The notes under the pieces are model-generated. The model worked only from the letters and a program-made list of their open reading frames with translations. It was not told the origin of the DNA and ran no database searches. Positions 1-9,098 of a stretch of DNA of 43,132 bases are shown here, piece after piece (the stretch's first letter is position 1; each line of letters opens with the position of its first letter). Made by a program: the position numbers and the translations under genes. Source of the stretch: an uncultured Pseudomonadota bacterium (GTDB taxonomy: Bacteria; BMS3Abin14); NCBI GenBank assembly GCA_964454175.1, contig CAYVSA010000002.1, forward strand, positions 1-43,132, given 5' to 3'.

Positions 1-101
1 CTGGATGAAAGTGAACTTTTATCCAGGGTGCAAGGACACCAGCTGATTTCAGAAAATCCCGCTCCGGCAAGGGAGCGGCCGGGTGAGGGTTTCTAGTCCA
101 G
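1..101. other. cluster of hairpins in intergenic DNA downstream of panD (may be cut by the window edge)
   Basis: 11-bp stem CTGGATGAAAG/CTTTTATCCAG (1-26); GGTG-CAAGGA-CACC (27-40); CCGCTCC/GGAGCGG (59-78). Confidence 0.45.
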
Positions 102-107
102 GCCCCT

Positions 108-186
108 ATCCCCTTAATCCCCTTTATCCCTGAAAAAACGATCTTGACCTATAGCCCATTGCCTATCGCCTCTAGCCTATTACCCC
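108..186. repeat. short degenerate tandem repeats (9-mer, then 7-mer)
   Basis: ATCCCCTTA-ATCCCCTTT-ATCCCTG (108-132); TGACCTA-TAGCCCA-TTGCCTA-TCGCCTC-TAGCCTA-TTACCCC (145-186). Confidence 0.6.
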
Positions 187-200
187 TTGTCATCGGCTGA

Positions 201-563
201 TCAGTCCTTCTTAACATCCTGAATGGCGTTGTCGCTATCCACGTACACCATGGCGGGCTTGTGCGAGTGCACGTCCTTGGACTGAACCGCGACATAACAG
301 GCAATAATGATAAGGTCTCCCTCGGAAGCCTTGTGGGCCGCAGCGCCGTTCAGGGCGATGATCCCTGACCCACGTTCCCCGGTAATGGCATAGGTCTCGA
401 ATCTCTCCCCGTTGGTGATATTATAGATCTGAACCTGTGCGAAGGGAGGTATCCGCGACGCATCCAGCAGATCTTTGTCGACCGTTATTGAACCTTCATA
501 GTCAAGGTGGGTTCCGGTTACCGTTGCCCGATGTATTTTCCCGGCAAGCATTGTGTATCTCAT
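201..563 (-). CDS. panD: aspartate 1-decarboxylase
   Basis: KIHRATVT, Y-EG|SIT self-cleavage site, GERFETY, NGAAA motifs; follows panC. Confidence 0.97.
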   Translation of the reverse strand: MRYTMLAGKIHRATVTGTHLDYEGSITVDKDLLDASRIPPFAQVQIYNITNGERFETYAITGERGSGIIALNGAAAHKASEGDLIIIACYVAVQSKDVHSHKPAMVYVDSDNAIQDVKKD

Positions 564-608
564 CTCCTGATATCCCTCCGTAAATGTATGAGCTGTGCTA
601 TCTGCAGT

Positions 609-1451
609 TCATCCGATTATAGCGTTGTCGATCAACCTCGCTTTGCCTATTTTTACCGCAAGAGCTACCAGGGCTCTTCCTTCCACCTTCGTGACGGGCA
701 GAAGTTCCTCCGTATCTACCACCTGGAGGTAATCGATGGATGTGTGGGGCTCGGCTTCGATTATCTCCCGCGCTGCCGCCACGAGTTTTTCAGGATCTCT
801 GACACCGTCCCGGGCCATTTTGTCGACCTCTGCTAAAGAGCGGTTTAAAGAAAGTGCGCTTGCCCTCTCTTCCCTGGAAAGGTAAGTATTCCTGCTGCTC
901 ATGGCAAGGCCGTCAGGCTCACGGACCGTAGGAAGGCCTGTAACCTCCACATCCATATTCAGGTCGCGAACCATCCTGGAAATTACTCTGTACTGCTGGT
1001 AATCCTTAAGGCCGAAATACGCCCTGTGGGGCTTTACGGCTGAAAACAGCTTCGCCACAACAGTACAGACCCCGTTGAAGTGTCCGGGCCTGGTAACCCC
1101 GCAAAGTACATCAGAAATTCCGGAGACTTCAACCGAAGTGGCAAAATTATCCGGATACATCTCGTCTGCTGAGGGCACGAACAACAGGTTTGTCCCCACC
1201 TCTTTACACAAATCTGAATCTCTTTCCAGATCACGGGGATAGGCCTCAAGGTCCTCCCCCGGTCCGAACTGGGTCGGGTTGACGAATATGCTGACTACCA
1301 GTGTGTGGTTCTCCTTCGATGCTGCCCGCATCAGGCTGAGGTGCCCCTCGTGGAGAAAGCCCATGGTCGGGACAAACCCTATTCTGTCGCCCTGGTCCCT
1401 CAGGCGGTCGGTGTGGGTTTGCATTTGTTTTATGGATGTTATTGTCTTCAT
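609..1451 (-). CDS. panC: pantoate--beta-alanine ligase
   Basis: FVPTMGFLHEGH, SIFVNPTQF, RPGHF, FGLKDYQQ, GLAMSSRN; start moved to ATG 1451 (MKTITS) because the ORF-track extension overlaps panB. Confidence 0.97.
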   Translation of the reverse strand: MKTITSIKQMQTHTDRLRDQGDRIGFVPTMGFLHEGHLSLMRAASKENHTLVVSIFVNPTQFGPGEDLEAYPRDLERDSDLCKEVGTNLLFVPSADEMYPDNFATSVEVSGISDVLCGVTRPGHFNGVCTVVAKLFSAVKPHRAYFGLKDYQQYRVISRMVRDLNMDVEVTGLPTVREPDGLAMSSRNTYLSREERASALSLNRSLAEVDKMARDGVRDPEKLVAAAREIIEAEPHTSIDYLQVVDTEELLPVTKVEGRALVALAVKIGKARLIDNAIIG

Positions 1452-1563
1452 TATCTTATGCGTCTGTGATAACAGGCAACCAGCTTTATTATCTCTCGCC
1501 TGAATTGCAGCTGTGTTTAATACTTCTCCCAAATCAACCAGAAACCAGAAATTAGAAACAATC

Positions 1564-2364
1564 TTAATCGTACGAATATTTCTTCGTCGGGAACTTGCCC
1601 TCTTTGACCTCTTTAATAAAGCTTCCCATGGCTTTTTCCATATCTTTTCCGATCTGAGCATACTGCTTGACAAATTTAGGAACGAATTTGTCGTAAATAC
1701 CGAGGAGGTCGTTTAAGACCAGGACCTGGCCGTCACAGCCAGAACCGGCTCCAATGCCAATGGTGACAATTGACAGCTCCTCGGTGATTGTGGCGGCTGC
1801 TGCAGAGGGTATCCCCTCCAGTACCACCGCATAGGCACCAGACTCCTGTACTGCTCTGGCATCGTTGACAAGCTTTCTGAGCCCTTCATCACCCCGGCCC
1901 TGGACCCTGTATCCACCCATCTGGTGAACTGACTGTGGAGTGAGTCCAACATGGCCCATAACGGGTATCCCACGCCTGACGAGGAACTCAATGGTCTCGG
2001 CAATGTGAACCCCGCCTTCTATCTTTACACTTTCGGCATCAGCTTCTTTCAGAAAGCGCGCCGCGTTTTCCATAGCCTGGACAGGGCCAGCCTGGAAAGA
2101 TCCAAAGGGCATGTCAGATACCAGCAGTGCCCGGCTTCTTCCCCTCGCAGCAGCCCGTGTGTGGTGCAGCATTTCTTCGACGGTTATGGGCACCGTTGAG
2201 TCGTATCCCAGGACAACCTGGGCCAGGGAGTCCCCGACCAGGATTATCTCTGCACCAGACCTGTCGCCGTAAAGGGCGGTCGGGTAGTCATAGGCGGTGA
2301 GCATGGCCACCTTTTCTCTGCCCTTCATGTTCTGGATCGTCCTGATAGTGATCTTGTCAGTCAT
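1564..2364 (-). CDS. panB: 3-methyl-2-oxobutanoate hydroxymethyltransferase
   Basis: MLTAYDY, ILVGDSL, SDMPF, VKIEGG, GHVGLTPQ, GIGAG, DGQVLV; start at ATG 2364 with GAGG upstream. Confidence 0.97.
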   Translation of the reverse strand: MTDKITIRTIQNMKGREKVAMLTAYDYPTALYGDRSGAEIILVGDSLAQVVLGYDSTVPITVEEMLHHTRAAARGRSRALLVSDMPFGSFQAGPVQAMENAARFLKEADAESVKIEGGVHIAETIEFLVRRGIPVMGHVGLTPQSVHQMGGYRVQGRGDEGLRKLVNDARAVQESGAYAVVLEGIPSAAAATITEELSIVTIGIGAGSGCDGQVLVLNDLLGIYDKFVPKFVKQYAQIGKDMEKAMGSFIKEVKEGKFPTKKYSYD

Positions 2365-2390
2365 GTTCCTCTTCCGTTGGAAAATATGGC

Positions 2391-2420
2391 AAAATAAAAC
2401 CCCCGCACAAAGACGGGGGC
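2391..2420 (-). terminator. intrinsic terminator (attenuator) upstream of panB
   Basis: minus strand CCCCCGT-CTTTGT-GCGGGGG followed by TTTTATTTT. Confidence 0.8.
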
Positions 2421-2449
2421 CGATAACCCGGAAGGTGATCAATTATTCC

Positions 2450-2482
2450 CCGTCCCGGTCCACCTCAGGCGGATCCAAGCGG
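2450..2482 (-). ncRNA. pan-RNA-motif-like cis-regulatory hairpin (stem with two bulged A)
   Basis: minus strand CCG-CTTGG-A-TCCGCC-[TGA]-GGTGGA-CCGGG-A-CGG; directly 5' of panBCD and of a terminator. Confidence 0.7.
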
Positions 2483-3106
2483 TATGTAGAACTGAACTCC
2501 TTTTTTCATCCGTCGGATCTCCCGGACAAGGTCCTGGAAGTCTTCAGGGCTCCTGACAAAGTCCACCTCAGCGGTGTTTATTATCAGGAGCGGTGTGTCA
2601 TTATAACCGAAAAAGAAATTATTGTAAGCTTCATTTATGGCTTCGATGTACTCCCTGCTAACTACTCTTTCATACCCCCGGCCCCTCTGTTTGATGCGCT
2701 GTTGCAGTACCTGTGTGGGCGCCTGGAGGTAGATGACGAGATCGGGTTTGGGAATGCGCTGGTCCAGGAGTTGGTAAATCTGCTGATAGAGGATCATTTC
2801 GTCCTCTTCAAGGTTTACCGAAGCAAAGATCCTGTCTTTAGCAAACAGGTAATCACAAACGGTGCTCTGGGAAAAAAGGTCCTGCTGGGTTAGTTCGCGC
2901 TGCTGCCTGTACCTGCTGAGCAGGAAAAACATCTGTGTCTGAAAGGCGTAACTGGAAGGATTCTGGTAGAACTTCGGAAGGAACGGGTTGTCGGAAACCC
3001 GTTCCAGGACGATCCGGGAGCTGAAGATGTCACCGATCATTTCGACGAGAGTCGTTTTACCGACCCCAATGGGCCCTTCGACTACGATGTATCTGTTGTC
3101 ACTCAT
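2465..3106 (-). CDS. deoxynucleoside kinase family protein (dCK/dGK-like)
   Basis: P-loop IVVEGPIGVGKTT, FQTQMFFLLSR, PDLVIYL, RIKQRGRGYE; folK-kinase-panB neighbourhood. Confidence 0.92.
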   Translation of the reverse strand: MSDNRYIVVEGPIGVGKTTLVEMIGDIFSSRIVLERVSDNPFLPKFYQNPSSYAFQTQMFFLLSRYRQQRELTQQDLFSQSTVCDYLFAKDRIFASVNLEEDEMILYQQIYQLLDQRIPKPDLVIYLQAPTQVLQQRIKQRGRGYERVVSREYIEAINEAYNNFFFGYNDTPLLIINTAEVDFVRSPEDFQDLVREIRRMKKGVQFYIPLGSA

Positions 3107-3153
3107 AGCATATGCTTCCAGTCATCAGATCCAGCAGCTGTTGTCAGTGTTCT

Positions 3154-3690
3154 CTATAATACCCTAAAACCAGTGATCCTCCAAAAAGAGCCCAGTAAAT
3201 TGACTTCCTGGTCACCTGGACATGCACTGGCAGTACGAAGCAGCGTCGACACGTTCATATCTCCAGGAGGGATCAGAAGGCCAGGCGCGAGATCCGCCAG
3301 AGGATAAAGGACGAAAAGCCTCTCACTGATGCGGGGGTGGGGAATTGTGAGCCTGTCTGTTAACATCACCTTATTTTCATAAACAAGAATGTCCAGGTCA
3401 ATCATTCTCGCCGCGCCCCGTTCGGTTGTCGCGGCGCGACCGATTTCTCTTTCGATGGACTGCAGAACGCCAAGAAGCTGCAGCGGCAGGAGAGAAGTGT
3501 TGATCGAGGCCGCTGCATTCAGGAAAAATGGTCCGCTGGCATCTACCGGGCTGGTTTCGTAAATGGGAGAGACAGCCGTTAAGTCGACCCCGCCCGCGGC
3601 GTTAATAAGATTTGCGGCAGCGGCCAATTGCTCTGCCCGGTCTCCCATATTAGAGCCGAGCCCCAGGTAAACCCTCGCGAGACCGTGCAC
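3154..3690 (-). CDS. folK: 2-amino-4-hydroxy-6-hydroxymethyldihydropteridine diphosphokinase
   Basis: YLGLGSN, SPIYET, FLNAA, R-IDLDIL, LTIPHPR, R-FVL-PL. Confidence 0.95.
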   Translation of the reverse strand: MHGLARVYLGLGSNMGDRAEQLAAAANLINAAGGVDLTAVSPIYETSPVDASGPFFLNAAASINTSLLPLQLLGVLQSIEREIGRAATTERGAARMIDLDILVYENKVMLTDRLTIPHPRISERLFVLYPLADLAPGLLIPPGDMNVSTLLRTASACPGDQEVNLLGSFWRITGFRVL

Positions 3691-3691
3691 G

Positions 3692-4858
3692 TTACCAGGA
3701 TATACTGCTCATGCGGCCAAGTGCCTCGGACAGGCGCTCTTCGTCTACGGTCAGGGAGATCCTGAAATAGCCCTCGCCAAAGTCTCCGAACCCGTTGCCG
3801 GGGGTTAGCACTACACCAGTCTCAGTCAGGACCCTGGACACGAAGTCGGCAGACCTGATCCCGTCAGGTACCGTTACCCAGATGTAAAAAGTTGCTTTCG
3901 GGATCTCAAAATCAAACCCCATGTTTTTCAGTGCGTCGCAGGCAAGGTCTCTCCGGGCCTCGTAAATTTTTCTCAGCTTTGCAACTGGTTCCTGGTCTGC
4001 TGTGATGGCCTCTATACCGGCTTCCTGAACTGCCTGAAAGATGCCGGAGTCGATGTTCGTTTTAATGCTGCCAAGTCCTGACACTACCTCCGGGTTGCCG
4101 CAGGCAAAGCCGATCCTCCATCCGGTCATGTTGTATGTTTTGGAGAGGGAATGGAACTCTATGCCGACTTCCTTCGCGCCGGGTACCTCCAGAAAACTCG
4201 ACGGGCAGTAATCGTTGTAATACAGTTCAGTATAGGCCGCATCGTGGCATACGATGATATTGTTTTTGAGGGCCAGGTCCACTACCTCGCTGAAAAATGC
4301 GCTGTCGGCACATGCGGCAGTTGGATTGTTAGGGTAATTTATGAAGATCATTTTTGCCCTTTTCAGGACATCGGCCGGTATGGCACCCAGGTCTGGTAAA
4401 AATCCGTTCTCCTCGAGGAGCGGCATCTGAACCGGTTCCCCACCAGCGAAAACAGCGCCGATCTTGTAGACGGGGTAGGCGGGGTCCGGACATAGCACAA
4501 CATCACCGGGATCAACGAAGGCCAGGGGTATGTGTGCTATGCCTTCCTTGGACCCTATCAGTGAGACGACTTCGGTCCCGGGCTCCAGATCAACTGCAAA
4601 CCTGCTCGAATACCAATCGGCCACAGACCTCCTGAGATCAAGCATACCCTCGTAACTGGGGTACTGGTGGTTTGCCGGGTTTTCTGAAGCATCTTTAAGA
4701 CGCTCAATAATGTGGCCAGGGGTAGGCAAGTCGGGATCACCCACACCAAGGCTGATGATGTCCATACCTTTTTCAGCCAGTTCAGCCTTTTTTTTATCGA
4801 TCTCGGCGAAAAGATATGGGGGTAGTACTTTAAGGCGGTTGGCCTGTTTTATTCTCAT
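3692..4858 (-). CDS. dapL: LL-diaminopimelate aminotransferase
   Basis: class I PLP aminotransferase (NYPNNPT, DAAY, SLSKTYNMTGWRIG, GSKEG); follows dapB. Confidence 0.88.
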   Translation of the reverse strand: MRIKQANRLKVLPPYLFAEIDKKKAELAEKGMDIISLGVGDPDLPTPGHIIERLKDASENPANHQYPSYEGMLDLRRSVADWYSSRFAVDLEPGTEVVSLIGSKEGIAHIPLAFVDPGDVVLCPDPAYPVYKIGAVFAGGEPVQMPLLEENGFLPDLGAIPADVLKRAKMIFINYPNNPTAACADSAFFSEVVDLALKNNIIVCHDAAYTELYYNDYCPSSFLEVPGAKEVGIEFHSLSKTYNMTGWRIGFACGNPEVVSGLGSIKTNIDSGIFQAVQEAGIEAITADQEPVAKLRKIYEARRDLACDALKNMGFDFEIPKATFYIWVTVPDGIRSADFVSRVLTETGVVLTPGNGFGDFGEGYFRISLTVDEERLSEALGRMSSISW

Positions 4859-4953
4859 TCGCTTTTCCCAGTACTTCCTGCATTAATAGTTAAAAGTTGA
4901 ATTCTGATTTACTACGTTGGACATTGGGCTGGTTCTCAACCGTGTTGAAAACA

Positions 4954-5754
4954 CTATAAACCAAGCACGTCGAACATGCTGTACAGGCCGGGCTCTTTGC
5001 CGCACACCCACAGAGCGGCCCTGACGGCACCCTGGGCGAAATTGTCACGGTTGTGGGCGCGGTGGGTCAGCTCCAGCCGCTCTCCAGGACCGGCCAGAAT
5101 GAGGGTGTGTTCACCAACAATATCGCCTGCCCTCACCGTCTGGATACCGATCTCGCCTGGAGTCCTCTCACCGATCATGCCGTGCCTTGAATAGACAGCG
5201 TGGTCTGAGAGCTTTTTACCCTGTGCTTCTGCCGCCGCTTCGGCGAGGCGGAGGGCTGTGCCGCTTGGAGCGTCCTTCTTCATTCGGTGATGGGCCTCGA
5301 CGATCTCCATGTCGTAATCGTTTCCCAGGGCCGAAGCGGCACTTTCCGCCAGCCGGAACAGGACATTTACACCCACACTCATGTTAGGCGAGAGCACAGT
5401 GGGGATCTGTCCGGCGTACATGAGAACAGCTTCACGCTGTTCCTCGGAAAACCCGGTTGTACCTACGACGACAGCAGCCTTCGCGGAAATACATGCCTCC
5501 ATGTTCCTGAGAGCGGCTTGAGGCGCGGTGAAATCGACAAGCACATCACTATTTTCAAGAACGACAGAGATATCGGACGTGACCAGCAACCCGCCTGCAC
5601 CGCAGCCGGCGATAATCCCGGGATCGCTGTCTATATCCGGGTGGCCTTTTCTCTCCAGTGCCCCGGACAAAACAATACCTGAAGTATCATGAATAGCGCG
5701 GATCACAGCTTTTCCCACTCTGCCGCATGCGCCGGAAACTGCTGCACGTATCAT
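4954..5754 (-). CDS. dapB: 4-hydroxy-tetrahydrodipicolinate reductase
   Basis: GACGRVG, VVGTTG, SPNMSVG, EAHHRMKKDAPSGTA, GDIVGEH. Confidence 0.97.
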   Translation of the reverse strand: MIRAAVSGACGRVGKAVIRAIHDTSGIVLSGALERKGHPDIDSDPGIIAGCGAGGLLVTSDISVVLENSDVLVDFTAPQAALRNMEACISAKAAVVVGTTGFSEEQREAVLMYAGQIPTVLSPNMSVGVNVLFRLAESAASALGNDYDMEIVEAHHRMKKDAPSGTALRLAEAAAEAQGKKLSDHAVYSRHGMIGERTPGEIGIQTVRAGDIVGEHTLILAGPGERLELTHRAHNRDNFAQGAVRAALWVCGKEPGLYSMFDVLGL

Positions 5755-5787
5755 CTCAAACTCCTCAAAATCAGCCTCGTGGAGACT

Positions 5788-6669
5788 TTACTCCTCGCTG
5801 ACAATTCCAAAATCCGCCATTGCCCTTCTCACTTGGGATATCCTGGATTCGGAGAGGGATACCAGTGGCAGTCTCAGTTCATTCTTGATCCTGTCCATCA
5901 TCGCAAGGGCTCCCTTGACCGGTATCGGGTTCGTTTCCACGAACATTGCATCGCTAAGGGGCAGCAGGCGGTAATGCAGGTCTCTTGCCGTTTTCATGTC
6001 CCCTGCCAGGAAAGCATGAACCATGTTTGTCATCTCGGCTGGCGCGACGTTGGAAACCACCGAAATTACCCCCCGGCCCCCGATACCCAGAAGTGAGTAG
6101 ACCAGCGCGTCCTCACCTGAAAGGATCACGAAATCGTCCGGGACCAGTTTGAGTGTGTAGCTTGCCTGCTTAAGGTCACCCGTAGCATCTTTCAAACCAA
6201 CTATGTTGGGGATCGCGGAAAGCCTTCCAACAGTATCCGGCAGCATGTTGACACCGGTCCTGCCGGGCACGTTGTAAAGGATGATAGGGAGTCCAGCCTC
6301 ACTGGCCACTTGTGCGTAGTGCCTGTAAAGTCCTTCCTGGGTGGGCTTGTTGTAGTAGGGGGTGATCATCAGACAGGCATCTGCACCTATTTTCATGACG
6401 CCCTTTGTAAGTGCTGCAGCCTCTGATGTGGAATTTGACCCAGATCCCGCTATTACCGGGATGCGGCCCTTTACCTCGTCCACAGTGATTCTCACGACCT
6501 CCAGGTGCTCTTCATGGCTGAGGGTTGAAGCCTCACCAGTGGTGCCGCAGGGTACAACCGCGTCGATCCCACCCTCTATCTGGAAATTTATATGTTTCCT
6601 CAGGGCCTCTTCGTCGATCTCTGATCCGGAAAATGGTGTTACCAGTGCGGTCATTGCTCCTGTAAACAT
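5788..6669 (-). CDS. dapA: 4-hydroxy-tetrahydrodipicolinate synthase
   Basis: ALVTPF, CGTTGE, TPYYNKP, LYNVPGRTG, GLKDATGD, ETNPIPVK. Confidence 0.97.
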   Translation of the reverse strand: MFTGAMTALVTPFSGSEIDEEALRKHINFQIEGGIDAVVPCGTTGEASTLSHEEHLEVVRITVDEVKGRIPVIAGSGSNSTSEAAALTKGVMKIGADACLMITPYYNKPTQEGLYRHYAQVASEAGLPIILYNVPGRTGVNMLPDTVGRLSAIPNIVGLKDATGDLKQASYTLKLVPDDFVILSGEDALVYSLLGIGGRGVISVVSNVAPAEMTNMVHAFLAGDMKTARDLHYRLLPLSDAMFVETNPIPVKGALAMMDRIKNELRLPLVSLSESRISQVRRAMADFGIVSEE

Positions 6670-6670
6670 C

Positions 6671-7516
6671 TTAGCCTCCCGTTACCGTCTCGTTGGTCAA
6701 TTGGCCCTCGTAGACAAGAAGGGCTGTGCCCTCCATATAAACTTCACTTCCCATCGGGTCGGATGGGTCAAAGGTGATCTCAAGCTTTTCGCTGCTCCTG
6801 GTGATGACGGTCACCGGGGGAGCCACGAGTCCGCGCTCTGCACAGATTATGGCTGAAGCCACTGCGCCTGTGCCGCATGCCAGCGTTTCCCCCTCGACAC
6901 CTCTTTCGTAGGTCCTGAGGCGGATGGTCTCAGCGTCCAGGACCTCAACGAAATTTGCATTGGTGCCAGCAGGTGCAAACCTGGGATGGTTTCGTATCTC
7001 GCTGCCCAGTTCTGCCACAGGTATACCATCCAGCTCACCCTTTTGCACAACTACCACCGCGTGAGGTACGCCTGTGTTAACGAACCCGGCAGACAGACTG
7101 TTCCCGCCGGTAAGATCCAGTGCGGTCTCCCCCTCGAGCCCAAAAGGCCTTGTCATCTGAACCCGTACCGACGATCCATTGACCTCGGCGCTTATAGGGC
7201 CTGCAAGGGTCCTGAATGTCGTGGATCGCCCAGTGATGCCCTTCATGAGAGTGAACCTTGCAGCGCATCTGGAACCGTTTCCACACATCTCACCGACGCT
7301 GCCGTCCGAATTGAAAAAATCCCAGGCGAAGTCGTACTCACTGTCATCCTTTATGAGAATGAGACCGTCCGCTCCGACTGATATGTTCCTTCTGCAGGCG
7401 GATACGGCCAGGCCAGCCATCTCATCTTTCCGGACAAGGGCCTTCCTGTTGTCGATAATTATGAAATCGTTTCCCGTGCCGCTCATCTTGGCGAAGGGAA
7501 GGGGGAACTCAATCAT
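6671..7516 (-). CDS. dapF: diaminopimelate epimerase
   Basis: KMSGTGNDF, EMCGNGSRC, NTGVPH, YERGVEGETLACGTG. Confidence 0.97.
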   Translation of the reverse strand: MIEFPLPFAKMSGTGNDFIIIDNRKALVRKDEMAGLAVSACRRNISVGADGLILIKDDSEYDFAWDFFNSDGSVGEMCGNGSRCAARFTLMKGITGRSTTFRTLAGPISAEVNGSSVRVQMTRPFGLEGETALDLTGGNSLSAGFVNTGVPHAVVVVQKGELDGIPVAELGSEIRNHPRFAPAGTNANFVEVLDAETIRLRTYERGVEGETLACGTGAVASAIICAERGLVAPPVTVITRSSEKLEITFDPSDPMGSEVYMEGTALLVYEGQLTNETVTGG

Positions 7517-8759
7517 CGAGAAACATTTCTCCTCTCACAAGATCATCGTAAGTTTCCCTGGACCTGACGACCTGAAACCTGTCGCCGATCACCAGAACCT
7601 CGGCACCCCTTGGCCTGGAGTTATACTGAGACGCCATCGGGAAGCCGTATGCTCCTGAACTCATTACGGCCAAAAGATCACCTTCAGCCACGGACTGCAT
7701 TCTGAAATCCCTGGCAAGGTAGTCTGTAGACTCACAAATAGGGCCCACCACATCTGCTACTATCTCAGTGTCGCCGGAAATCCTGATCGGCCTGATCTCC
7801 TGGTAAGCGTCGTACAGGGCTGGCCGTATCAGGTCGTTCATGGCGGCGTCTACAATAACAAAGTGCTTTAATGCCGTCTTCTTGTTGTAGATAACCTTTG
7901 TAACCAGGATACCGGCATTGCCTACAATTACCCTGCCCGGTTCCAGGATGAGGGTTTTGTCGGTGTCGCCAACTGCCTTGATTATGATTTCCGCGTAGTC
8001 CGAGGGCATCGGCGGCGCTTCCTCGCCGTATACGATCCCCAGACCGCCGCCCACGTCCACGTATTTTACGGGGATGCCTTCTTCCTCCAGGGTCCTGACC
8101 AGCTCCATCATTTTTGAGACGGCTTCACCGAAGGGAGCCGAAGAAGTGAGCTGTGATCCGATGTGACAGTCAGCGCCGACTACCTCGATGTTTTCCATAT
8201 TCCTGGCAGCCCTGTAGGTAGCCAGGGCATCCTCAAAGGGTATCCCGAATTTATTTTTCTTCATCCCGGTAGAGATGTATGGATGGGTCCCGGGGTCGAC
8301 ATCCGGGTTTACCCGCAGGGCCACCGGGGCAACCTTGCCCATCTGCCCGGCTACCCTGGATATGGCATTCAGCTCAGAACCGGATTCGACATTGAACATG
8401 AGGATTCCCGATTCAATGGCAAACCGGATCTCCTCCTCATGCTTGCCGACTCCGGAAAAGACGATCTTTTGCGGATCTATACCGGCTTTCAGGGCCCGAA
8501 AGAGTTCCCCGCCGGATACGATGTCCGCCCCTGCTCCCATATTGGCAAGAAGCCTGAGCACGGCCAGGTTCGAGTTGGCTTTTACGGAATAGCATACAAG
8601 GTGCTCCACACTGGCAAAAGCCTGTGAGAAAACAGTAAAGTGTCTGGCAATGGTGGATGCGCTGTAGAGGTAAAAAGGCGTACCAACCTCGGCGGCGATA
8701 TCATCGACGGAAACATCTTCGCAGTACATCCTGTCGTTTTTGTAGTCAAAGTGGTGCAT
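7509..8759 (-). CDS. lysA: diaminopimelate decarboxylase
   Basis: YSVKANSN, DIVSGGE, HIGSQ, GGGLG, LEPGR, GPICES, GAYG. Confidence 0.97.
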   Translation of the reverse strand: MHHFDYKNDRMYCEDVSVDDIAAEVGTPFYLYSASTIARHFTVFSQAFASVEHLVCYSVKANSNLAVLRLLANMGAGADIVSGGELFRALKAGIDPQKIVFSGVGKHEEEIRFAIESGILMFNVESGSELNAISRVAGQMGKVAPVALRVNPDVDPGTHPYISTGMKKNKFGIPFEDALATYRAARNMENIEVVGADCHIGSQLTSSAPFGEAVSKMMELVRTLEEEGIPVKYVDVGGGLGIVYGEEAPPMPSDYAEIIIKAVGDTDKTLILEPGRVIVGNAGILVTKVIYNKKTALKHFVIVDAAMNDLIRPALYDAYQEIRPIRISGDTEIVADVVGPICESTDYLARDFRMQSVAEGDLLAVMSSGAYGFPMASQYNSRPRGAEVLVIGDRFQVVRSRETYDDLVRGEMFLDD

Positions 8760-8861
8760 TGTTTTGCCTGCTGGTGGTCAGGTTATTCCCGTGCACAGCC
8801 TGCCGTATCGTTCGAGATATCCAGCTGCCAGTTCACGAGATTTAATACAGTTTGTCCGGTT

Positions 8862-9098
8862 TCAAACGCCCTGAAAAAAGAACGCACACTCTAGCAGAGG
8901 ATTTCCGGGTGTGTCAATTCGTTCAGCAGGTCTGGCCGCACTGACGGCGCTTTTCGACGGCGCAAGAATAATGGATGAGGCCGGACCCCACGCTCCTCCA
9001 TCAGGAGTTACCGGAGGTCCCTTTACACCGCAGCCCGCCAGGGCAGGCAGGAACAGGCTAATCAGAGTTATTGTCCTTAATATACCTGCGGCCCTCAT
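8862..9098 (-). CDS. small lipoprotein, LptM/YifL-like N-terminus
   Basis: signal peptide plus LAGC|GVKGPPVTP (CGxKGP motif); GGAGG RBS; upstream of lysA-dapF; overlaps argH 3' end by 41 nt. Confidence 0.7.
   Translation of the reverse strand: MRAAGILRTITLISLFLPALAGCGVKGPPVTPDGGAWGPASSIILAPSKSAVSAARPAERIDTPGNPLLECAFFFQGV
8888..8917 (-). promoter_or_regulatory. probable sigma70 promoter for lysA-dapF-dapA-dapB
   Basis: minus strand TTGACA-N18-TAGAGT with TG extended -10 (TGCTAGAGT). Confidence 0.55.

Noticed and set aside
8760-8885. lysine riboswitch before lysA
   Set aside because: The leader is too short (~125 nt) and lacks the AGAGGNGC start, the multi-stem layout and a terminator.
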